NCBI GenBank assembly: GCA_951406725.2
Contig: OX597816.1
Location: 76,570,001 to 76,634,000, forward strand
Reading direction: 5' to 3'
Length of the DNA: 64,000 bases
From: Octopus vulgaris
Lineage: Eukaryota
The notes below the pieces were generated by a model that did not search any database, had not been told where the DNA came from, and saw nothing but the letters and a program-made list of their open reading frames with translations. This document shows, in pieces, positions 56,116 to 64,000 of this stretch (positions are counted from its first letter, which is position 1; every line of letters starts with the position of its first letter). Both the position numbers and the translations under genes were made by a program.

Positions 56116-56400
56116 CAGAAGAAAAGCGTCTGAATTTCCAGAAGAGATGTCACGAAAAAATAGCTAAATTTAATTTAATTTATTTCAATTTACTTTCACT
56201 TTTATTTCAGCATGACTAAATTGTGTTTTTAAAACGATTCAAGCGTTTAGCATATTTTAACAGAAATGAAAATACTTCTTTACTTTTATCCATCATTAAT
56301 TTCACAAAGTATTAACATATTTGTTTTTCAACATGTGTTTGTGTATGTAAACGTGTATGTATATACTATTCATATACTATATTCTATTTTTTTCCCACAG

Positions 56401-56517
56401 CCCTCCAGTTATGTACCAAAAATGAATTTCGTTGCTCTGATAATCGATGTATTGATAAAAAGTACCGTTGTGATGGAAAGGGCAACTGCTACGATAGAAG
56501 TGATGAGCACGGTTGTG
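56401..56517 (+). CDS. GRL101: GRL101-like receptor, exon E (LDLa module)
   Basis: tttcccacag acceptor, gtaagt donor, 117 nt, phase 1-1. Encodes TLQLCTKNEFRCSDNRCIDKKYRCDGKGNCYDRSDEHGC. Confidence 0.93.
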
Positions 56518-57066
56518 GTAAGTTTTCTTTGTAGTGTTTCTCTAACATGTCACCTCATGTATGCATGTATATATGTGTGCATGTCTCTCTATGAATTTGC
56601 TTGTATACGTATATGGTTTGTGTGCCTGGAATTCTGGTGTTGTGCATGGATCTTTATGTCAATAAATATATATATATAAAACATCGTATTAAATTTGTTG
56701 AGATTACATGTCTTAATAAACATAGAATGCAGTCAAGATATACTGACATTTAGTTCTATATTATGAATTGGTATTTCAGAAAATAGAAAAAGAAATAAAA
56801 TATATCAATACGTAAATCTAATGTTATTTCCTTCTTTTGTATCTGCTTTCAAATGATATTCGTATCGTCACTTTCAAAACCCCTTGATTCAGATTATTGT
56901 ATACAATGAGATCCAGTATAATTGTTCTATATCAGCAGATTACGAAGTTTTCATCACCACACGTCCGTTTTATCCTATTTGGAAAGAAGTCAGACGAATC
57001 ATGCACATGTTTCACCACCAGCATCGTCACCCCCTACCACCATTTAATTTATATATAAATATATGC

Positions 57067-57153
<87 letters not shown>

Positions 57154-57366
57154 TATATATATATATATATGCATGTATATATAGGGAGATATATATATAT
57201 GTGTGTGTGTATGTGGTCTATATATACAAGCATTCTTATACATTTATACTTACACATTTATACATACGAAAACAGAAATGCGTACGCACACACACATACA
57301 TACAAACGCGCCACACACATACATATACATGTGTCTGTGTGTATATACATATTTACATTCATGTAG

Positions 57367-57427
<61 letters not shown>

Positions 57428-58590
57428 TATGTGCAGGAAGGTAATTCAGTCGTAGAATTAAATAGTTAAACAAAGAAGCTCTCCAAATATGTCTGTTAGT
57501 CTTCCTGACATAACAATGAATGTACCAAAATATATAATTCGCTTAGATATAGATTGAAAAAGTAATGAGTTGTCCCATTTATATTTATATTTTTATTTTT
57601 ACAGTTATCGTTCTTCTTGCTAGATTTATATATTTATCACGTTCAACCTCTTCGGCTGGGAACATAATACACGTAGTTATCAAAGCGATGTTCTAAAGTC
57701 AGTTTCTAGAATTTCTTATCGTGCTTCTTTTTCTTTATTTCTCATTTTCAATTTTCAAAAGTAATATCGAGCCATAACTTCTCAATCATCTTATCAACAC
57801 TTTAATATATCTTCCTTAATTATAGTCCGAAGTGTTCAGATTTTCTGAAGAGAGGCGGCTTTTTTTTTATCGAGACTATCTGCATTAAAACACATTACAC
57901 TACATATCGTAGAAGCCCTTACAGTATACAATGCGGGACACTAGAAGAGGTAGATGAGCTAGAGGAGAAATAGAAGACCATACTGATTTAAGGTTTGAAT
58001 TTAGTTTCCTTTACTTACACCTGGAGAAATGTACGAAAGCAATAAATCAATAAAAATAATATAATGTTATTATGATGACTGCATCTTGGAAGATACGTAT
58101 CATTAACTATTCAATAAACTATAAAGACTATTAAAAATTTATTAAGTGGTGTCAAAATACTCGTCGCACCAATGCGACCTAGTCACTGGCATATGCCACT
58201 GCATCTGTTTTGTGAAGTTGTTCGTTTTGTATATAGTTTCCAAGGTTGTAAATTATTTGTTTGTTTTTCTATATAGTTAGATGATCAATGTTGGTTAGTT
58301 AACTTGGTATTTGGTTGTATTTCACACTTTCTTCTCTCTTCCTTCGTCATAGTACACAGAAAGTCAGAAGATTAATGACATCAAGGAGTGGATCCATCAA
58401 ATAGAGAGATGTGAAAATAGTTGTAGCAGTGGTAGTCTACTAATAAGTAGATGTAGTGGCAGTGATATTAGGAGTAGTAGTGTTTGTAGTAATAATAGTG
58501 GCAGCAGAAGTACCAGTAACAGTGGTGCTATTATGTCCCATACGTTTGCAGTTTTATGATTATGCGAGCTTGCAAAGATGATCCAATAAT

Positions 58591-58931
58591 TAAAGTGATA
58601 GTATGTTGTCAACTTAATGTGACAGCCCCATGAAAGGGAAGAATGCTACTGCTATTTAGTCCTAGGAAACACCGTTTCCTGTTGGCCTTGACATATTTCC
58701 TGTGTCCTTATGTTTTCAAAGGGGAGATAAGTACCTCCATCCAGCAAAACCAGCAACCAGAGACTAGTTTCAGAGTCATTGCTCATCATCAGTCTGAAGC
58801 AGCATGGCTTGCTAGCTTTATTCTTTACTTGTCTTCCTTATGCTCTTACAAAGAAGGGACGAACAAATAACAGTAACATTCTTCCCTTTTATGGGACTAT
58901 CACATTAAGTTGACAATATACTATCACTTTA
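58591..58931. mobile_element. Fold-back element with ~67-bp imperfect inverted arms enclosing an intact hammerhead
   Basis: Arms 58591-58657 / 58865-58931; internal sequence homologous to 43860-43950 and 19450-19550. Confidence 0.75.
58758..58796 (-). ncRNA. Minimal type-I hammerhead ribozyme with canonical core
   Basis: caga-CTGATGA-T-GAG-caatga-CTC-T-GAAAC-TA-GTC-tctg; GUC triplet, palindromic ACTAGT stem III. Confidence 0.75.
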
Positions 58932-59089
58932 TCGAGCTGTTACTGCATAAATCTCTCTGCGAGATTTAGAAGTATATTATTTCTAGATCCAATAGTTGTA
59001 ACCTCCCATACTGTTACAAATTACTGAATAAAAATAGTTAGATAAAATGTCTGACTAATGTTTGATTTCAGTTGGAATGGTTCATAATC

Positions 59090-59182
59090 TATTGGGTTGG
59101 TACATGATTAACGACCGTTTATTTTTTCTAAAACTTGTAAATTAAATTATAAAATAGTCGTTAATTATGCACCAAATCAATA
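59090..59182. mobile_element. Tiny mariner-type MITE (MADE1-like architecture)
   Basis: TA-TTGGGTTGGTACATGATTAACGAC ... GTCGTTAATTATGCACCAAATCAA-TA. Confidence 0.65.
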
Positions 59183-60459
59183 ATAAATTTCATGTAAGTG
59201 AAATTAGCGAGATTTCGTTGCTCTAGGCTCGCATTTATTTTTATATTCCTCAGCCTCTTACATCTGGAGTATGATTTGAAGTAATCAGATATTAGATCAC
59301 ATAGTCAATAGAGTTCTGAGAGCCAGTAGGAAAATTGTATTAGCGATTCTCAATGGTGCTGGGCTGAAATCTGTGAGATAAGATGACAGAAGAAATTTGC
59401 AGTACCTATTCTGTTAGCAGCATTGCACTTATACCCAGTGTCGGGTAAACTCACGTCTGAATAATTTACATATATATGGATCATGCATTTCAGACACATT
59501 CTGAAGGGTAAGTATCGTACACTCGTGCCCAATGTTCCTTAGAATATGCTGAATATGATTAAAAGCTCCGGAGATAATACATTTCTTCCGTGAAAGTGTA
59601 ATAAAGAGGAGCTGAAGAAAAACATGCAATTTTACGGAACACCATTTACACCGGTGAGTTGTTCCTGTCTTGCGAGAGCTCTTTACCGATAAGTTCACTG
59701 GGCACTAAATACAATGTATTGCTTGGAACCAGATGTGCACAGTAAACGTTTTACTGACAAGTACATTGCTCTCACTCAAATTCAACGCTTTTTATTCAGT
59801 ATTCTAGCAAATCGGTAAGCCACTTACTTTACAAGTTCTCAGTACTGCATCAACAATGTTATTCAACATAGCATTAATACAAATATAACCTAAAATAAAA
59901 GATAAAACATTTCTTGAAAGATTTTAAGGCATTACGAAATAAAGGTGAACGTAAAGCATCAATATTTCACTAATTGCATCATCATAAAATATTTATGAGG
60001 GCTATTAAATATTGATCTAAATTTTTTTTGTTTCCATGATAGATTATTTTGTATTTTTTACAGTTGAATGCGCTCCTGAAGTACTTTTTATCTCCGGTCT
60101 ATTTAATTTAAAATTGACACTAAACCTTACCCATTTCCTATTCAAAATACATCATCCTGCAATAATTAAAAGCTGCATTTTGTTTAAATCACACTCTACC
60201 GTCTAAAACGGTAGACTGTGTTTTAAAGGAAATACAAGATCGGTATATAAATCGAAAACAAAGTGGTTAGAATTGTTTCGATCATTGACCTGATCTATCG
60301 ACATGTAACATATTACTGGTTATATCACATAACTGATTTCGCACTAAATATGGACATTCGACAATATTGACGATTCTTCAAACAAACTGCCAAATATTAG
60401 CATTTGACATATTGACGATTCTTGAGATCAACTAGCTGAAAGCACATTTAAGGATGGAC

Positions 60460-60935
60460 GTACTATATCTGACCACCGCAACTTCCCAGATATTCATTGA
60501 GGTAATCAAATTTTTGGCATTCACTCTTTATAGAATGGTCTATACTAATTAGTCCTCTGCCACCATTCTGTCTTTTCATATACAGTATGTTTACGTTTGC
60601 TCTAGGGTGTAGCGCACTATGCAGAGTCATCAACATTCTCATCCTTGTTGATGTTTCCTCCTTAGTCCATTGGAAGATGGACGCACTATATCTGACCACT
60701 GCAACTTACCCAGATATTCATTGCAGTAATCAATTTTTTGGCATTCAGGTTGGATTTCAACACCATCTTTACCCTTTTTTTATGCACCTTGCTGACCTTG
60801 ACTTTTATTTTTCTGTGTAGAATGTCACTCAGCTCCAAAATCCCTAAATATCTATACCCACTACTGTCAGTTTCACTCATGGTCCCTCCTGATGGTAACC
60901 GCAATCCTCTGCAGGCTGCTTTCTTCCCTCTTTTC
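60460..60935 (-). mobile_element. Older R4/Dong-type LINE RT remnant
   Basis: GYRYLGILE..RVKMVLKSNLNAKKLITAMNIW, VRYS..WT..LHPRANVNILYMKRQNGGRGLISI; frameshifted. A ~38-bp segment is duplicated (60463-60500 / 60685-60724). Confidence 0.8.
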
Positions 60936-60952
60936 CTTATTATTATCATTAT

Positions 60953-63900
60953 TCAGTAGTTTTATTTTTATAGCGTGCTTTCACTTCACTACCGAGCGCA
61001 GCTCTGTGTGCCTTGGGTATGTGCTGTGATTTGTTGTGATGCTCTGATGGTTATTGTATGGAAAGTGTTCTGCGTAGGATATGTGCAGTGCCTAGTAGTG
61101 CAATTTTCTGTATGTTATATGTGTTTGTAAGTCCTGGTGTTTTTGTTATGTATTTGTCTGAATATTTTTTTATCATGCCTAATGCACCTACTATGATAGG
61201 AATTGTTTCTGTTTTCAGATTCCACATTCTAGTTACCTCTATTTCCAGGTCTTTGTATTTTGAGAGTTTCTCCATTTCTTTTAGAGACACGTTCTCATCT
61301 GCCGGTATTGATACATCAATTAGAAAGCATTGTTTTTCTTCATGATCTCTGACAACTATGTCTGGTATGTTGGCCTTAATTTCTCTATCTGTGTGTATCG
61401 GCATATCCCAGAGTATGGTTGCTTTCTCGTTTTCTGTGACCTTTTCTGGTGTGTGCCTATACCATCTTTTTTCTGTTGTTATTCCATAATGTTGGCATAG
61501 CTTCCAATGTATGTAGGTTCCAACTCTGTCATGTCTGTGAATATATTCCTTCTTAGCCAGGACTGGGCAGCTAGAGATAATATGATTTATTGTTTCTTGT
61601 CCATCTCCACATATTCTGCAGTTACTTGTAATATTTCTTTTCATTACATGTTTTTGGTAATTTCTGGTGGGGAGGCTTTGGTCTTGTGCTGCAATTAAAA
61701 ATCCCTCTGTTTCTGCTCTGAGTCCTGAGCTTCTCAACCATTGCTGGGATTTTTCTTTGTCTATTTCTTTTGCGTTTAGTTTAGTGCAGTATTTACCATG
61801 AAGGGGCTTTTCTTGCCATCGTTTTATCATGGTTCGTTGCTGTTCTATTTTTAGTTTGGATTTCATTTGTTTTATAGCTTTTGTTGTTTCTACATCATCT
61901 TCTTCTTCTTCTTCTTCGTGTTTATTAGGTGGTATGATTTCTTGTTTGTATTTGTCAGCTTCCTTAAATACTGACAATTTTTTTTTGTTTTGCTCGTGTT
62001 TTGCTGCTATCTGGATCAGTTTTCCTTCCTTCTGAAGTAGGTATTTTTGCAGTCCTATGGTGGTTATTTTATAGTAGTTTTCCAGCTGTATAAGGCCTCT
62101 ACCACCTTCTATACGTTGTATATATAGTCTTTCTATGTCAGATTTTGGGTGATGCATCCTAGATCCTGTCAGTATTTTTCTTGTTTTCCTATCTATTTTG
62201 GACAGTTCATTTCGTGTCCAGTTAAGGATATTGTAGCTGTAACTTATAACTGGGACAGCTAAAGTGTTGATACCTATTATCTTGTTTTTAGCATTGAGCT
62301 CTGTTTTTAGTATTGATCTAACTCGTCTATAATATTCTTTTTTTATTTTCTCTTTCATTTGTGTGTGTTGTGTCTTATTTAGTTCATGGATTCCTAAGTA
62401 TTTGTAAGTTTGGCTTTGGTCTAATCCTTTTATTTCATTGGTTTTATCTAGTGTGATGTTGTTACTCTTAACTAGTTTTCCTCTTTTCATGGTTACTTTG
62501 GCGCATTTTTCTAATCCAAATTTCATATCTATTTCTTTGGTAAATCCATGAACTGTCTTTAATAGTGTTTCCAGCTGTTTGTCATTTGCAGCGTATAGTT
62601 TTAGGTCATCCATATATAAAAGGTGGCTGATCGTTTTGCCGTAACATTTATATCCGCATCCAGTTCTATTTAGCATATCAGATAGAGGTGACAGTGCCAA
62701 GCAGAAAAGGAGTGGAGAGAGCGTATCTCCCTGGAATATTCCTCTTCTAATGGGGATGTCTTTGGTTTTCATGAGTCCCTCTTTTGTTTGGAGGTGTAGG
62801 ACTGTTTGCCATTTATTCATAGAGTGCTCTATGAATTTTATGATTGTTGGTGCTACTTTGTTAATGGCTAGTGTTTCTAGGATCCATGTGTGGGGGATGC
62901 TATCAAACGCCTTTTTGTAGTCAATCCAGGCCATACTGAGGCCTTTCTTCTTTCTGTGGCTGTCTTCAGTTACGGCTTTATTAATCATTAGTTGATCTTT
63001 ACAGCCATATGAGCCTTTGCGGCATCCTTTCTGCTCTTCTGGGAACAGTTTCTTTTCGTCCAGGTGCTTGTTCAGCCTTTGCGATATCACTGCAGTAAAT
63101 GCCTTGAACATAGTAGGGAGGCAGGTTATTGGTCTGTAGTTTTCTGGTTTTGCTGTTTCATTTGATTTGGGAATTAAGATGGTTTTCCCCTTCGTGAGCC
63201 ATTCAGGCATTGTCTCTGGCTCTGCTAGTATGCTGTTAAAGTTTTCAGCCAGCTTTTTGCGCATTCCTGTTAGATATTTCAACCAGAAGTTGGGGATCTT
63301 GTCATGCCCAGGTGCCTTCCAGTTGCTTAGTTTTTGCAGTGCCTGGGTGACCTCTTCAGTTGTTATGGGGGTCCAAAGTTGTTCAGATGCCGAGTTTGTT
63401 ATTTTGATACTCCTTTTTTTTTGGCTGATCATTCGCCGACCATATTTCTCTCCAGAATTCTTCCAATTCTTCTGCCGTTGGTGCTGCAGTGACTTTTATT
63501 TTGTTTTTTTCCAATTCTTGGTAGAACTTTTTGGGGTTGGAGTTGAACATTTTGTTCTGTTCAAAGAAGCGTTTGCGTTTCTCGTACCGGCGGATCCTTT
63601 GAGCTTTGGCAAGGATATCTTGCTTCAGCTTTTCTTTTATCTCCGGCAAATCTTTTTCTGTAATGTTACATTTGCGGAGCATTTTTGTTCTCTTTTTGTT
63701 GCTCAGTAGCGTTGATTGTTTGCTGATTTCATTAAGAATCGACAGGTCTTTTCTAATTTTTTTATTTTGTTTTGGATGTTATTTATCCACAGGATTTGTT
63801 TGGGTGGTGGTACTCCTGATTGGGCGGGTTTCGGTGAGTATCCAGCTTCTTTTGTGGCTGCAGTGGCTGCTGCGTATATCAAGTCATTTAGTTCAGTGAT

Positions 63901-64000
63901 ATCACTTTTTTTTGTTTCAGTGGCTAGTTCAGTGACGGCTAGGTTTATGCTGTTTATAATTGGTGTTGTTATTTCGTTTATTTTTATTCTTGGGAGGTAT
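60953..64000 (-). mobile_element. Young R4/Dong-clade non-LTR retrotransposon (runs off the window)
   Basis: RT (NYRPITCLPT, EQKGC, WIDYKKAFDS, GIFQGDTLSPLLF, LYMDDLKLY), CCHC finger (CRICG..ETINHIISSC), RHD and RLE (PDIVV..IDV..EKLSKY). The 3' end abuts a (TAA)-like run. Confidence 0.93.
61051..63432 (-). CDS. R4/Dong RT-zinc finger-RLE polyprotein, uninterrupted C-terminal 793 codons; the upstream part is frameshifted at a T run near 63415-63422
   Basis: ORF track 61051..63432, plus upstream 63383..63682 (QNKMFNSNPKKFYQEL...FWREIWS) which joins by frameshift. Confidence 0.88.
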   Translation of the reverse strand: MISQKKRSIKITNSASEQLWTPITTEEVTQALQKLSNWKAPGHDKIPNFWLKYLTGMRKKLAENFNSILAEPETMPEWLTKGKTILIPKSNETAKPENYRPITCLPTMFKAFTAVISQRLNKHLDEKKLFPEEQKGCRKGSYGCKDQLMINKAVTEDSHRKKKGLSMAWIDYKKAFDSIPHTWILETLAINKVAPTIIKFIEHSMNKWQTVLHLQTKEGLMKTKDIPIRRGIFQGDTLSPLLFCLALSPLSDMLNRTGCGYKCYGKTISHLLYMDDLKLYAANDKQLETLLKTVHGFTKEIDMKFGLEKCAKVTMKRGKLVKSNNITLDKTNEIKGLDQSQTYKYLGIHELNKTQHTQMKEKIKKEYYRRVRSILKTELNAKNKIIGINTLAVPVISYSYNILNWTRNELSKIDRKTRKILTGSRMHHPKSDIERLYIQRIEGGRGLIQLENYYKITTIGLQKYLLQKEGKLIQIAAKHEQNKKKLSVFKEADKYKQEIIPPNKHEEEEEEDDVETTKAIKQMKSKLKIEQQRTMIKRWQEKPLHGKYCTKLNAKEIDKEKSQQWLRSSGLRAETEGFLIAAQDQSLPTRNYQKHVMKRNITSNCRICGDGQETINHIISSCPVLAKKEYIHRHDRVGTYIHWKLCQHYGITTEKRWYRHTPEKVTENEKATILWDMPIHTDREIKANIPDIVVRDHEEKQCFLIDVSIPADENVSLKEMEKLSKYKDLEIEVTRMWNLKTETIPIIVGALGMIKKYSDKYITKTPGLTNTYNIQKIALLGTAHILRRTLSIQ

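Noticed and set aside
57560-57890. Possible mariner transposase C-terminal remnant
   Set aside because: Only a weak LEHR-like fragment among many stops; needs a profile search
59340-59820. Higher-complexity stretch with splice-donor-like sites after exon E
   Set aside because: No LDLa or LRR pattern and no sustained open frame on the + strand

Overview
AT-rich, microsatellite-laden eukaryotic genomic DNA, most likely a cephalopod (Octopus). This is inferred from the SINE types, the repeat landscape and the host gene. The window holds five phase-1 exons (16525-56517, + strand) of an LDL-receptor class A (LDLa) repeat protein. Their module pattern matches, from recall, the molluscan LDLa/LRR GPCR GRL101, and the gene continues beyond the window. 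Introns and flanks are filled with transposable elements: a near-complete Penelope-like retroelement (28345-35132, RT + GIY-YIG, direct pLTRs), older Penelope remnants, two CR1/L2-group LINE fragments embedded in (TA)n, a young R4/Dong-type LINE (RT + CCHC + RLE) at the right edge, tRNA-derived SINEs, mariner-type MITEs and Helitron-like elements. The most notable unannotated signal is about 11 minimal type-I hammerhead-ribozyme motifs. Two sit in the Penelope pLTRs exactly 5676 nt apart, and several others sit inside short non-coding fold-back (inverted-repeat) elements. Every motif with a canonical CUGANGA core is antisense to the host gene. Most ORFs in the supplied track are microsatellite artefacts. 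All calls were made by eye, with no database search or folding computation.
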